Origin: Lama glama | Taxonomy: Eukaryota | Length of the DNA: 64,000 nt | Assembly: GCA_028534125.1 (NCBI GenBank) | Contig: CM052817.1 | Span: 79,610,001 to 79,674,000 of the forward strand | Reading direction: 5' to 3' | Translations under genes and position numbers: made by a program | Shown: one piece after another, positions 1 through 15,033 of the stretch | How the letters are laid out: every line of letters begins with the position of its first letter | How positions within the stretch are numbered: position 1 is the stretch's first letter | The notes under the pieces: generated by a model | Database searches by the model: none | Seen by the model: only the letters and a program-made list of their open reading frames with translations | What the model was told of the DNA's origin: nothing

Positions 1-12
1 GAACATATCAGC

Positions 13-220
13 AGTAAAGTGGAGTGGTTAAAAAAAAATCACTCTGGAGTCAGACTGACTGAGTTCAAATCTAATTTCGCCACTTTCTAGCTATGCTTCC
101 TCATTTATAAAATGGAGATAACAGTACCAACTCACAGGGTTTTGTGGGATGAATATAAATGATATAAAACACACAAAGAACAGTACCTGGCACACAGTAA
201 GCACTTGCATAATTACTGTT
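13..220 (+). mobile_element. MIR SINE (a second MIR fragment follows at about 277-375)
   Basis: ctggagtcagac...ttcctcatttataaaatggagataacagtacc...cctggcacacagtaagcact resembles the MIR consensus. Confidence 0.8.
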
Positions 221-616
221 CGTGTTGGTGGTGGTATTATTTGTAGTGGCAGTAGTAGTAATAATGTTACAATCCACGGTAGAGTGCATACTGGTTAAGT
301 CATGGAATTTGGAGTCAGACAAATGTGAGTTTAAACTTCAGTTTCACATTAGTGATATGAGTGGCCTTGGCAGTATAACATTCCAGTTTATATTGTTATG
401 ATAACTTCTTGTTTACTTTTTTCTACATCATCATTTTTCAGTGGCTGTTTTGAGGAAGTCAGTATGATCTGCTATTGGAAAGAAAACATCTGTTCAGTTT
501 ATTTTTGCTATTTTTTATTGAGAATTCCAGTTTCACACAGTTTTTGTTTTTTATACAATTTAAATTTTATTAGTAGCTGCTCTAATTCTCTTTTTTAAAT
601 TTTTTTTGCTTTATAG

Positions 617-855
617 CCCACAGCCTGTAAAAGAAGATATTGCAACCCCACTACCTTCTGAAAAAACCCCAACGAGTGTTAATCAAACTCCTGTTGAAAC
701 AAACGAATTTCCTCAGCTACCAGAAGGTTTAGAAAAGAAGCCTATTGTCCTTAAATTCAGTGCCATGTTAGATGGGATAGCCATCGGAGCAGCACTTTTA
801 CCATCTCTGAAAGCAGAATACAAGATGGGAAGAATGCGAAGTCATGGAATGACAG
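617..855 (+). CDS. BLTP1: BLTP1 exon (window exon 1) PQPVKED...RSHGMTG
   Basis: ttatag| acceptor, acag|gtaat donor. The upstream partner exon is outside the window, so the start is slightly less certain. Confidence 0.9.
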
Positions 856-1289
856 GTAATGTTGAATTTGGAATTCATTCTTAAAATTTATGACTGGTTT
901 CAGAAATTCGTAATATTTTGGTGAAAAGTAAATTTGGTCTTACTGATTTTATATGAAAATTTAGATAATTTTAATCAAAACACTTTTAAACTTCATTAAT
1001 GATGTTCTTAAAAGTATCAGTCCATTTCCTTGAATGACCAGCATGGACCCTGCTTTCTTTAGAACTCTTCGGAGTTACCCACTGTTGAGACCATTTCCAA
1101 CTTAAACTTAAGTTGAATAAATTTCTACATCTGTTAGATTCTTATAGACTGAATAACTTGGTTTATTTTCACATTGAGTGCATTTTGCTCAGATCAGAGG
1201 TGTTTGACTTTTTCAAAATAGCTACTTTTATCAGAGTTTGTGATCCTTATATATCCTCTCCAAAAGCACTTTGCATTTTTATTCTGATA

Positions 1290-3535
1290 TGTATCATATA
1301 CAAAAGTGTGTCAATTATATACACACAGTTTAAAGAACTATAAATTCACCAACCTATTACACAACCTAAGAATTAAAACATTACCAGCAGGTTGAAGACT
1401 CCTTCAAGGAATATTTTCATTATTAGATAAAATTTCCCATGATTGTCTGGTGAATAACCACTGTCAGGTATTTTGTGTTACCCATTCCTTTGCTTTTCTT
1501 TATAGTTTTATCACATATGCACATACTCATAAATAACTTTGTTTGCTGTTGCTTCTTTTAAACATTCATATGGAGTTTCACTAATGTATTTTTTAACTTG
1601 GAATTTTTTTTGTTGTACATTTTGTTTCAGATTCATCTGTATTCATTCATGTGTCTTTGGTTCATTCATTTTCCCCTGAAATAGTCCATTCAATGATTGT
1701 ATCACAGTTTATTTATCCATTCTGCTATTGATGGAGCTTTGGCTCATTTTACTATTTTGCTATTAAATTTGTTCTGGTGCACATGTGCAAGAGTTTCTCA
1801 AGGGTATTTACTTAGGAGTGATACAGTTTAGATTGTAGGGTAAATGCACCTGCAGTTTTACCAGGAAATGTAAAATTGTTTTCCATAGTGCTTGCGTCCA
1901 CCAGTATTTACTCTCCCACCAGTATTAGATGAGAGTTTCCACTGTTCCATGTCCTTACCAACACTTGTTATTATCTGACTTTTAAATTCTTGCTTCTCTG
2001 GTAAATGTGGAATGGTGTCTCATTGTAGTTTTAATTCATGTTTCTGTAATTATTAATGGAGCTGAATTTTTAAACGTGATAAAGAGGTCCTTATATGTTT
2101 TCTTATATGAAGCACCTGTTGATGGTTCTTACTTGTTTTTTGCCCATCATATCGAGTCATTTGAATTTTTCTTGGTTTACAGGAATTCTTTGTACATTTT
2201 GTATATTAAAACTTTGGTGTTAATATATTCAACATACATTGTCACCCAGCTGGAAGTTTATTTCACATTTTTTTTAATCTACAGGTAACTCTTAATTTTA
2301 AGGTAATTGAATTTACCAATATTTTCTTGTTTTACTGTGTGTTTTTATGTCTTGAAGAAATCCTTCTACTCCCAGCATCATGAATATATTCTCTTATGTT
2401 TACTGATAAATATTTTGAAGTTTTGCTTTTCATATTAAGTTCCTAATCTGTATGGAATTGACTGTTTTTTTCTTTAATGTGGTTTGGAATTGTATGCATA
2501 ACCAGTTATCTTGGCATCATTTTTTGACTCGTCTGTTCTTTTTTCAGTGATAGATAATCCGACTTTGTAATCCATTAAGTGTTTATGTATGTGGGAGTCT
2601 ATTTCAGAAATCTCTATTATGCCTGTTTGTACCAGTGTCATATCAATACCTGACTTTTTCTTTTTTTAGAACTTGTCCTGGTTATTTTTGGCTTTTTTGC
2701 TCCCTCATATACCTTTTAGAATCAGTATGCCACGTTCCCTGAAAAAAGCCTGTTTTGATTTTTATAGACATTTAATTGAATATGTAGATTTACTTGGGGA
2801 AGAGTTGAAAATATTGATTGATATTGAGAATTGATATTGTATTTAGCCTTCTTTTTCCTGAATGTCTACTTCTCTGTTTCTTTAGGTCTTAAAGAAGACC
2901 TATGTTTTTCTACAAGTTTTAAAATTTTTCAACTTAAGGTTTTTGTGTATCTGTTGCAAGATATATCTCTTTAGATACCTAGGCATCTTGTTGTTGTTAT
3001 TACAAATGGTATATTTTGTAAAATGGCATCTTAAACTAGTGGTGGTGTGTACAAGTGTGCTTGGTCCTTTTATGTTAATCTTATATTCAGCAGCCATATT
3101 GTGCTATTCTATTATTGCTAAGAAGATTCTCTGGAGTTTTCTAAGTAGATATTCTTACTATATGCAAATAATATTTTTGTTTCTGCCTTTCCAGTCTTTA
3201 TGTCTTTTTGTTTCTTTTCCTTACTATGCCTCTACTACAGTGTTCAATAAAAGGGGTACTTTGGGCATCCTTGTCTTACTCCCATCTTTTAAGAGAATTA
3301 ATATTTCACGAGTGAATATGGTATTTGCTGTAGGTTTTTTCTGGGTTATTTTTATCAGGTAAAGAATATACTTTTATTATACTTTAAAGTATATACCTTT
3401 ATTCTTAGTGTGCTAAGAGTTTCTATGAATAATTGGTGAATACTTGTTATTGGATACTTTTTTCTGCATCCATTGAAATTAAAATATTTTTCTCCTTTAT
3501 TCTGTTAATATGATAAATTACATTAATCATTTTTT
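1290..3535 (-). mobile_element. Ancient degraded L1 (L1M-type) 3' region; boundaries approximate
   Basis: T-rich antisense L1 motifs, e.g. tttatttatccattctgctattgatgga and tggtgtctcattgtagttttaatt. Confidence 0.7.
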
Positions 3536-5205
3536 AAAAGTCATATATATGTCTATGTGAATACATACACATACATATATAAATACATACATATATGTAT
3601 GTATTTTTGCCTACCCCCTAGCATCTTAGGTTTTCTTTATTAAGAGGAATTTTCTGTAGATCTTTTTGTTACCAGAAGCAGAAGCACTCTAAGTGCATTT
3701 CCCTATTTGGCAGGGTCAGAAGTGTTGGGCTTTCAGATACTGGGCTAACAGTGTCGAGCTCATCGTGGTCAGTTATTCAGGGCACCCATGAAATACAAGA
3801 GTCAACAGAAGCAGCAGGTCAGAAGCCAAATCTGCAGTTTAGAACTAGGAAGATATAAATATTTAGGAGCAAAGAACATTGTCAAATATCCAGACAGATA
3901 AGAACCCATAATTCTTCTGGATATGAAGGAAAGGGACAAAAATACTAAATGAATGACTGCACTAGTGATAAGGGATGACCTGAGGCCTAGAAGTACTTCA
4001 GCCTTGTGTTTTTAATTTGGTAATGCTGGTGGTAGAAACAGTGGTGGTAGCTGCTGTGGTAGACAGTCCTCACCCCTTGCAGCCTGCAAGCCACAGTCAG
4101 TGAGTCTGCCAGCCTGGAGTAATGAGTGAGAGGAGATCAGAGCAGTCATGACCTGTCTGGCCTTTCACAGTTGCACGAGTTGCTGAGAGAGCATTTTTCT
4201 GTTTATAGATAAACTCATTCCAAGTATAAATATTGCATACTGAGTGAGTACGGTGAATGTGACATATAGGAGAAGATCTTTAGTATTTTGAAAAAAAGAA
4301 TTATTTCTGGCACAATTGAGAATACCAGGAACATATAATAAATTACAAATATAGGCAAAATAGGCTATTTAATGACGTTTGAGTGGAGAGAATTGGTATG
4401 TGCAAACAATATCAGTAGATTTTGTTGGTTGGAAAGGAACATGAGCCTATATCTTAGACAGTATATGTAACGGGCAATAAGAGATCTTGAGTTTAATAAG
4501 GTTTCTGCTACTCTTTTATGCTCTCATGAATAGTTGGAGGAATATTGCATGAATAATAGTACAAGTTGTGTATTTATAATTGTTTGAACAACTACATGCC
4601 AAACTGTTGATTTAAGTGTTTAGAACCAGCAGTAAACTAAGACTCATACCATATCCTTATTTGGAATATAGCGCCATCATTAATTATTGCTAAGGTGAAA
4701 GATACGTGTGTTTGTATAATTCTATACTTGATGAATATTTTCAGTGAGTGTGATTTGACTTGACAATTTCACTTTCCTTCCATACTGAATCAGGATCAGG
4801 AGGCAAATTATTAACTGCTAACTGTTTTCTGTGAATAGAACACTCTGTGGATTAGGGTTTTGGTGGGTTTTTTTGCACTCTTGTTTTAACTTCTTTTTTA
4901 TAATAAGCTCAATTTCTTTCTGTTCTACCTTCTGTGAAGTAAAGAGAACATTTGTAAGTGTTTCTCTAGCACCTAACACAATGCTGTTCATAATGATACC
5001 TGCTGGCTTAATAATACTGCATGATTCTTTATAGTAACCATACATATATTTAAAGATAGGTAATATTTTATAAGCAAATTTAAAATATCCTTCTTAAATA
5101 TTTCAACACAGTTTTTGGGAAATGCATACATTTTTCTTAGACTCCATCTATTGAACAGAGTAAAGTATTGAACAAATAAACAGTTACTTTTCTTATTTCT
5201 TACAG

Positions 5206-5450
5206 GTGCACAGACCAGGTTTACATTTGAGCTGCCAAATCACAGACTGCGTTTTACTTCAAAAGTTTCTGCCACAGATATGTCAACCATCCCACCTTCG
5301 GCTAGTCTTAACCTTCCTCCTGTTACTATGTCAGGGAAATATATAATGGAGGAGCATGACAGTTATTCAGATCAGGTGTGGAGTATAGATGAACTGCCTT
5401 CTAAACAAGGGTACTATTTACAGGGAAATTATCTGCGTTGTGTGGCCGAA
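5206..5450 (+). CDS. BLTP1: BLTP1 exon 2 AQTRFTFEL...YLRCVAE
   Basis: ttacag| and gaa|gtaagt; 245 nt, phase 1->0. Confidence 0.95.
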
Positions 5451-7621
5451 GTAAGTTCAGTTTTTAATTCTTACTCTTTGTAATTTAGGAGTCTTGATGC
5501 TTTCGGTGTACCAAAATGTGTAGTAATCCAAATTTTTAAGACAAGTCATCAAGTCATTTATTCTTACAGAATTTTATACTTAATCTGGTGTGTGTGTGTG
5601 TGTACATACACATATGTATGTCTCTCTCCTTAATAGTTTTATTTAAACATGTTTTTTTTTGTTTTAGTTATCTTTGAATTTATATTTCTTACATTGGGTT
5701 TTACATCTATCTCTGCAATATTTTCGTAATTCATTTGATTATAAAACTAATGGCATCTAACATTTGTCAAGGCCTTTATATGTGTTGGCTTGTACAGTCC
5801 TTAAATCAATTCTTTGAGGTAGTTATATTCTCATTCTAAAGGGGTAGAAACAACCTTTAGAGAGGTTACATGATTCATCCAGGTCTACATACTTATCAAC
5901 AATATAAAGGTCACACAGAATGATAAAATAATTACAGTTAGAATCACAGACTAATTTCTTTACTAAGGGAAGTGGAAAGCCAGCATATCTGATTCCATTA
6001 TTATTTTTTCACTTTATATCTGTGCAGCTGTCACAAGTTTAAAAAACATTTGGAAAAATGTTTTCATTTGATTTGTGGTAAGCACGACATTTGTTATCAT
6101 CCTAATTTGATACAGGAGAAAATTGAGGTTAGAGAGATTAAATCATTGTCCGTCAGTCTCCCGACTATCTAATGCGAGATGGAGGGGTCCCACGCTGTGC
6201 TCTCAGCTTACTTCGTCAGTTTGTAGAAACAGTTACAACCTTATCAAAATTCAATTAGCCAACTATGTGTTTTATAAATTTTAGTCTCTAGACTATGAAG
6301 CATCTACAAGAATGCTCTTTGGCTTCTTTGCTAGAATATTACAGCTCTGTAGGACATATTTAAGGCTGACTTATCTTCTTTGGACCCTGCTTACCCTCAT
6401 GCCTCTCTAGGAGTTGGGATTTCAGAATGTGAAAAACAAGTGACCCCAAAAAACAGTATACAAGATTCTAGAAATCAAATATTTATTTACTAAAAGATAG
6501 GTTATAAAGTGTATTTCATTTGTGCTTTCTACTTTGAAAAATTAGTGTCCCAAATTCTAGTTTAGCAATGCTATTATTAACACTTAATTTGACAGAAAAG
6601 AAAACAAACCTAATGCAATGTATTGCATAACTCCTTACTAATATTAGCTATTATAAAGGTATAAAGTTTGTAATTGGGAAAGAACATAATCAGGTTTACT
6701 CAGAATGCAGTTAATTACAAACATTTGAAGGAATCTAAAGTTGCATCTTTCTGAGAGGTGCCTGTTTTATTATGGCCTGAAATAGATGCCTGTGAATTCA
6801 TCTTTGCCCATTTGATACTACTCTATACAAAATAAAAGTGCCCAGTGCAACTTAGACTTTATGTGACTTCTCACTTAAGAAGAGATTGCTAAATCTGTTT
6901 TGCTCTTAATTTTTGACCAAAATATGAATGCTTTCAAATAGACAAATGTTGGACCTTTTGCCTTATTCATAAGGATTTTTCAATCCATCTTTGCTTTATA
7001 AAATTCAACTTCAATTAGGGCCTATTTTCTCTTTAACTTATTTATTAACTAATTCTTGCCAGAAATTTTAATCTTTATACTAATCATAGGGCATGTATTA
7101 TAGTAAAACTGATTGAGTATATCTGATTTGCTAATTTATTCAAATGTAAACTTCATGAGAGCCATAATTTGTTGCTTTTATTTACAGCTGTAACCTAACG
7201 CAGTACACAGAGTAGATGGTCAATAAATGTTTGAATGAATAAGTATATTTACTTCCACTTACACTTGTCTATGGTTCTAACACTACAACAGTGGTCATTA
7301 CAAATAAATATTACTCTACATAAAATATCAGTTTTGAAAACTAGCATTTACATAGTTAAAGTGTAATTTTCATTCATTTTCAAATGATTTCTTGTACTTT
7401 TTTGGCTACTGTTATTTACAAAACTAGGGGGAATGGCTCATAACAACGTCAGGCCAGTAGAGTATTGGGGAATCTGAATATTTTTAACCCTTCTTTAGTA
7501 TATTTCAGATGGTATGTAGATAATTAATTGCTTTTCCTCAGTTTGGAATGACTTATTTGAGATGTATTTAAAACTAATATAGTCCATAGTGTTAATCTAA
7601 TATTCTGATTTTGTTTGGCAG

Positions 7622-7727
7622 GTTGGTTCCTTTGAACATAATCTTACAACTGATCTTCTAAACCACTTAGTATTTGTACAGAAAGTGTTCATGAAGGAAG
7701 TTAATGAAGTAATACAAAAAGTTTCTG
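7622..7727 (+). CDS. BLTP1: BLTP1 exon 3 VGSFEHNL...IQKVSG
   Basis: tggcag| and ctg|gtaagg; 106 nt, phase 0->1; not in the ORF track. Confidence 0.95.
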
Positions 7728-10124
7728 GTAAGGTGATCTGGTTTCTTACAGAACATATAGCAGGTTTTTATTACCATTGGCTATATGATGTTCCATGTAT
7801 CAGTAGTATGAGTATCAGTCCTATCATTTTGATAAATTGTTGAGTAACTCCCTTAAAAAAATCCACATTCTTTTTCTGGCTTTCTCACCTACAGATTCTT
7901 TTGCTTATTACTTTCGTTATGTGTAATATGTACATTTACAGTTTATAAACTAAACAAGGGAAACTTACGTTTCCCTTCTTAAAGAAAAAGCTTAGTATGT
8001 ATCTACTAACCATATTAAGTTAACCTTACTCATTTGGGGACAAAATTTCGATCAATATTAGCTTTTGATTTTAACCTCCAGATGGTAACTGTATACTGGC
8101 TACATGGTAAATTGTCTGTAGCAATTCTTACTATGTTTTTGCTATTCCTCAAGAGATTACAGTCAAGTTTCTTAATCACTATTTTGTGTTGTAACAGGAA
8201 ATGTATGTTTTTAAGAATATTTAATTGATTTTTAATTTACAAGATAAAGTAGTAAGAAAGTGGAAAACAAGTTGGCATTATATAACAATTCTTGAGGCTA
8301 AATATTTCCAGTTTGAATGTAGTCATGTTAAAATGATAGTTAAGCCTCATCTATAAATTGGCATCAAGAGGAGATTCCTCAGCGTTGATAGATAAATTCA
8401 TTCATTTAACAAATTTATTAAGTATTCAGGTATTCAGTTATAATTGTGATGAGTTCTCTGAATGACAAGAAGAGGGTGCTGTGTCTGTGTCAAAGGAGAA
8501 CCTGACCTAGTCTAAGGAATGGAAAATGCTTCACAGAGGAAGTGATATTCAGAAAGTCATAAGTGAAGTCTCATTTGACAAGAAAGGATAAGTACAGAAG
8601 ATTGAGGCAGAGCTTTTGGACCAGTATTTGATAAGGTCCTGAAGGAGAACAGAACTTACTGGATTAGAGAATTAAATTATGTAGCAGCTGAGTGAGCCAG
8701 AGGTTTTCCTGGTTCTCATGGGTTGATTCTGGTTGTATCTGAGATCAAGGAGCTCCTTAATGATCACACTGAAGAGGCCTAACAGAGCTATAGAATTGTA
8801 CAAGTTAAGTGTAAAAATCAGATAAATCGGTTATCTTGGAATGTTTCTGAAAATGGTTGAATACAGATCATTACAGATGAGATGAATATATAACCCTTTC
8901 TGCCACTGAAGGTGTTTCTACTTGGGGAACATACATAGGTTTTGATGTGACCCATTTACCTGGTTAAAAATCACATTTGAACATTATCTATAATATCAAA
9001 GTTACCAGTATTTCAAGTTGGTAAATTTTTATGAGTTTTAAAGAATATTTTTAAGTCTGCTATTGATGAATGTGTATAATTTAAAAGTGAATAGACTCTT
9101 CCATAACTAATCTTGTCTCTCTATGGTAAAATCTAGGATTATAGAGCTCCTAGTATTAGACTCATACTATAAGCTGCCCCTGAAGTGGTTTTGATGAAAG
9201 AGAAAAGCTTTTCTTTACCTTTGAATTGCAGTCAGGTAGGAGTTACAAGTAAAGTATATTCCTAGGTCAATGGATATTGAACTGTAAAAGAAAACTGGAT
9301 GTTAATATTCTAACCTTGAAGATTTGCTAATCACTGTGAAGAACAGAGAGATCAGATTATGATGCCAAAGTCACTGAGTGGCTAGGTCTCTTCCCCGAAC
9401 CGTTCCTCTTGACTGTAGAAAAAGAATGAACCCTAGGAAAATAGCTGAAATGTAAGTCACATATCATCCAGCTGGCCCAGGGGCCTCATGGAGCACAGAT
9501 GTTCCATTATCCTTTCAAAACCAGAGAACGTAACAGATTATTGAGAAGGGATACTTTGAACCCTTGTAGCCAGATTTCTTAGTATTCTAATCCTTGTGTT
9601 GCTTTCCTATTCTCCCATAATCTTCATGATTGTTTTCCTTATTTATTTCTTATACTTTTTCCTTATGCTTTTTCTTCATGTTACCTTTAGCTTTAGGACA
9701 TTTTCTGTTGCATACAAATACTCATGTTCACAACCATCATCAAGTATGTTAGGAAAATTCTTTTTTGAAGAATCAATTTTTATAATCTTATTGTCCATGG
9801 ATTGCTTGGGTTTCAGAAAGATGTAGGTAAGCACTGTCCTAGTAAACAGAAGAGATCTGTTTTTGAGTATGTATATATAATGGGAAATATATGTATAATG
9901 AGGTTACCTTCTTAAAATTGGACCAGGTGTATATTTAATTTATAATGAGGTTAAAAAACTGTGGTGTTAATGTGACTAATAGTGCCTGTGGTAATTTACT
10001 AAAATTATTGTGTAATACATTTTGTAAGAGTCAGAGCTTTTCTTTTAAATTAAAACATTTTTTTTCTGAAACTATATAAAAGATACTCAAGGTAGTGACA
10101 GCTGAACAAAACAAATAGGCTTTT

Positions 10125-12108
10125 TAAAAATTAGGCTATTTTTAAAGCAGTTTTATGTTTGTGGCAAAATTGAGGGGAAGGTGTAGAGATTTCCTAAATA
10201 ACCTCTGCCTTCAGTCATGCATAGCCTCCCCCATTATCAACATTCCCACCAGAATGGTACATTTGTTATAACTGATGAATTACATTGACAAAACATTATC
10301 ACTAAGAAGCCCATAGTTTAATGTTTGCCTTGTACATTCTGTAGGTTTGGACAAATGTACAATGACATGTATGCCCCTGTATAGTACCCTACAGAGTAGT
10401 TTCTGCCCTAAAAATCCACTGTGCTCTGCCTATTCAACCCGCCCTTGATTGCATCCAGGTTTTGGCCATTACGAATTAAGCTGCTATAAACATACTTATG
10501 AAGGTTTCTCTGTGGACATAAGTTCTCAGCTGTTTTTGGTAACTACCAAGGAGCATGATTGCTGGGTCATATGGGAAAGTATGTTTAGTTTTGTAGGAAA
10601 CTGCCAAACCATCAGCCAAAGTGACTGTACTATTTTGCACTCCCACCAGAAATGAATGAGAGTTCTTGTTCCTCTTTGTCTTTCTACCATTTGGTGTTAC
10701 TGTTCTCAATTTTGGCCATTCTGATGGATGTGTAGTGGTATCTTGTTGTTTGAATTTGCATTTCCCTGATGACATGATGTGAAAAACCTTTTTATGTGCT
10801 TAATTGCCATCTGGATATCTTCTTTGGTTAGGTTGTTGTTAAATCTTCAGCCAATTTTTAAATCAGATTGTTTTCTTATTGTAGGGTTTAAGAGCTCTTG
10901 GCATATTTTGGATATTTCTTTATTGTACATATCTTTTAGAAATATTATCTCCCAGTCATGGCTTGTCTTCTTCTCTTGACACTGTCTTAGAGCAGAATTT
11001 TTAATTTTAATAAAGTCTAGCTTATCAATTCTTTCATGGATTGATGTTGTATCTAAAAAGTCATTGTTATACTGAAGGTCATTTAGGTTCTCTCCTATAT
11101 GATTTTTATACCTTTCTCTTTTACATTTAGGCCTGTGATCGATTGTGAGTTAATTTCTGTGACAGATTTAAGGTCTATATCTAGATTCACTTTTTTGCTT
11201 GTGGATGTCTATTTATCCAGTGCCGTATGTGAAAAAGACTATATCTTTGCTCCATTGTGGTACCTTGTGCTCCTTTGTCAAGGATCAGTTGATTACATTT
11301 ACGTGGGTCTATTTCTGAGGTCTCCCTTCTGTTCCGTTAATCATTTTTGTCTGTTATTTACCCAGTAACCACACTGTTTTGATTACGGTAGCTTGTAGTC
11401 TCGCAGTCAGGTAGTTTTAGTCCTCTAGTTTTATTCTTCTCCTTATTTTATTGGCTATTCTGGATATTTAATTTTGTCTCTTCACATACACCTTAGAATA
11501 AGTTTGTCAGTATCCACAAAAACACTTGGTAGGATTTTGACTGGGATTGCATCAAGTCTATATAGCTAGTATTTCTTTTTTTGTGGTGCTAATGTAAATG
11601 GTATTGTGTTTTAATTTCAAATTCCACTGTTTATTGCCAGTGCACAGAAAAGTGATTAGCCTCTGTGTATTATTAACCTTGTATTCTACAACCTTGCTAT
11701 AATCACTTATTGGTTCCAGAAAATTCTATGCAGATGATCAGGTCATTTGTGAACAAAGAGTTTTATTTCTTCCTTCTCAATCTGTATATTTTTAATTTCC
11801 TTTCCTTGTCTTATTGCATTAGCTAAGACTTGTATGATGTTCAAAAAGGAGTGGTAAGAGGGGATATCCTTGTTCTGTACCTTATCTTAGTTGGAAAGCT
11901 TTGAGTTTTTCACCATTGAGCATGATAATAGCTGTAGATTTTTTGTAGATATTCTTTATCAAATTGAGGAGTTCTCTATTCCTAGGTTACTAAGAGTCTT
12001 TATTATCAATAGGTACTGGATTTTGTCACGTGCTTTTTCTGCATCTTTTGACATGATCATTTGATTTTTCTTCTTTAGCCTGTTGATCTGATGAATTACA
12101 TTAACTGA
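10125..12108 (-). mobile_element. Truncated, decayed L1 (ORF2 remnants plus 3' UTR)
   Basis: Minus-strand peptides IHQINRLKKKNQMIMSKDAEKARDKIQ (L1 RT region) and PYDPAIMLLG...MFIAA (ORF2 C-terminus); frameshifted. Confidence 0.9.
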
Positions 12109-12870
12109 TAACCTAATAGGAAAAAACTTCCTATCCCACCTATATATGACGCCTGTGATGATGCGAAACTCAATATACATACAGGAAAAAAAGGAATCAT
12201 TTTAAGATGAATCATTTAAGATAGAATATTTGAAAGATAAACATGCAGAAAAGTTTTTATAATAAGGGAAAGAGAAGACGAAATAGAAGTTGTATTTTAA
12301 AATACTAGAATATTATTTCCTTAAGGCCACAAGGCCTGTGCAACAGGTGGTCTATTAATAGGAACTTTAGTCCCAGGGTCCCCTGTCCCCATTTTTTTTT
12401 TTAATGTATAGGTCAAACTTTTATTGTCATACTTTTTGTTATTAGCATCTGCTGCCTTATTTTTCATTTCTCCACCTATATTTTTTTTTCATTCTTTTTT
12501 TGTTTATAGCACATATACATATAAATGATAAAGGTCACATTTTTGATTGAAAAAATGAATTCAGTGTATTTTTTTCCCTCAGATATATTTTCTGAGATGT
12601 ATAGTCATGTTTGGTTTAATTATATGTAAAAAAATTTAATTTAGTTCTTATAAAATATTCTTAATAAATGTCTATATATGCATTATTCTCCTGATCTTAC
12701 ATACATCTGCCTCAGTGAAATGTGACATGGCTAAAATTCCCTGTTAAAGATTGAGTTAATGATCAGTAAAAAGAAAGTGTTTTGTGGTTTTTATTTTGAA
12801 AACATACAAAGTAGTTATTTTCCTTTTTAAAGAAATTGCTTCTGGCCTTCAGTTATTTGACCTCTTTCAG

Positions 12871-12968
12871 GTGGGGAACAGCCTATTCCCCTTTGGAATG
12901 AACATGATGGAACAGCAGATGGAGACAAGCCTAAAATTCTACTCTATTCCCTGAACTTGCAGTTTAAG
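12871..12968 (+). CDS. BLTP1: BLTP1 exon 4 GEQPIPLW...LNLQFK
   Basis: tttcag| and aag|gtaaca; 98 nt, phase 1->0. Confidence 0.95.
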
Positions 12969-13687
12969 GTAACATAAATAATAATGCTTCTTTAACAAGC
13001 ATTTTTCTAATCAATTAATGTATGCTGGAAAATTCATATGTTTCATGAATATGCCAAATAGAAAATAAAAATGAAGTATAATCTTATCCACTTAGAGAAA
13101 AGCTCTAACAATTGAATATCCTATCTTCTCCTTTTTGTATTTAGATATATGCATATACTTATGCATTTTTAAAAACCTCGAATACCATTGCATGTCAGAA
13201 CATTTAGATCCACTTTATTTCCTTGAATAGCTGTGGTATATATTATGCAGTTGTAACAATTTAACTGCTTCTTTCTGATGAACATTTTGATTTTTTTTCT
13301 AATTATTGCTGTTATAAATTACTCTGCAAGAAATAGTTTGTACAGTGGTCCAGTTAACAATAATTAATAGAAACCTTACTATATCCAATATTCAAGATAT
13401 ATCTTAAAGATCATTCTTACGAAATAGTTATTTAATTGTAATGTATTCAACCCATGAACAGTCTAGGTTTTAAATACAAAATACTGAAATGAAACTTAAT
13501 AGCTAAAAAAATTCCTACAAACATGAGAAATTAAAAGAATATTGCCAGTCTTTATCAGCTCATTAGACATCCTACATGTGTTTTAAAACCTGGCTATTTT
13601 ATTTATCATATATTGAAAGATTTCATTTGTATGGATACACATTATTGACTTAAGATTCTGTTTTTCTCCTAACATATAATCTGCTAG

Positions 13688-13873
13688 GGTATTCAAGTAA
13701 CGGCCACAACTCCCTCAATGAGAGCTGTGAGATTTGAAACTGGATTGATTGAACTGGAACTTTCGAACCGACTTCAAACCAAAGCTTCACCAGGAAGTAG
13801 CAGCTATCTGAAACTGTTTGGTAAATGCCAAGTGGATTTAAATCTGGCATTAGGACAAATTGTCAAACATCAA
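13688..13873 (+). CDS. BLTP1: BLTP1 exon 5 GIQVTATT...QIVKHQ
   Basis: tgctag| and caa|gtgagt; 186 nt, phase 0->0. Confidence 0.95.
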
Positions 13874-14864
13874 GTGAGTGCAGAATATGTTGATATTAGA
13901 ACTGTGGCTTTTAAACTTTGTATATCAATTTGAACTACTTTTAGTATTAATATACTTAAAAAATTATTTAGTTTAAGTTCCTAAAATTTCTGGTTGTAAA
14001 TTCTAATGAAAAATTGCTTAACAGGGCCCTTAATATTTTACCTTGGATTTTCATTGAGTATTTTGGCAGTAGATTGTTCTGCGCAAATGCAGTCACATGA
14101 AACTTAATCTAGTATCTTCATAAATATTTGTTTATAATTTTGTTAAACATTATTTTTTATTTTAACATTCTGTACTTACATTGGTCAGTCCTTAAAATGT
14201 TACTAAGTTTCTTAGTTGCCCTGTTTGATAATGGCAAATTTTACATGCCATAATGTTAAACTTGTCAAGTTAAAAATATGTATATACGTGCGCAACAATA
14301 AATCAGATTCTGTTTTATAAAAATTAACTTTCTTAGCTCATCAGAGAATTTTTTATTGTTGTTTTTATTTTTGCTAAAAATTATTATGTGGATTTTAACC
14401 TTTTTTCCTTTAATTTGAAGAACCGATTAAAAGAATACCAGTCACACTTTAAAAACTGAATGGCTATCTTACAGATTATATGGGGGAATAAATGAACAAA
14501 AGTTTCATGTCGTCTCTAGAAAAACAGTAATTTTTCCAAATAGAAACATAATTTGAAAGGAGAGGGGATCTAGTTATCTTGAAACATTTAATATATTACC
14601 ATTCAGAATATGGACCTAATCCTAGTTTTTGTATGAAATTTATGTATGACTTCATATTTATTTCTTATATACCTATTCATACTGTATATTAATTTCAAAT
14701 GTTTATAGTACAGAGTATTAGGAATGTATCATTGATGACTGAAACTGAGAAAAGTGTACTGTAGTTCTTTTGGTGAAAAATACTATTAAGTGTTCAAACT
14801 TTTAGTTTCTTTAAATGAACGTTTTCCATTATTTTATTTTACTGAGTTTTTAATTTCATTTCAG

Positions 14865-15033
14865 GTTTATGAGGAAGCAGGTTCTGATTTTCATCAAGTT
14901 GCCTATTTTAAAACTAGGATTGGATTAAGAAATGCCCTCCGAGAAGAAATCAGTGGTTCTTCAGATAGGGAAGCTGTGCTTATTACCTTGAATAGACCAA
15001 TTGTATATGCACAGCCTGTGGCCTTTGACAGAG
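14865..15033 (+). CDS. BLTP1: BLTP1 exon 6 VYEEAGSD...PVAFDR
   Basis: tttcag| and gag|gtaaga; 169 nt, phase 0->1. Confidence 0.95.

Noticed and set aside
10476..12180. Active reverse transcriptase gene
   Set aside because: Only short, frameshifted L1 ORF2 remnants with large deletions.
12150..12190. C/D box snoRNA (TGATGA within a CCTG...CAGG stem)
   Set aside because: Too short and no CTGA D box at the 3' end.
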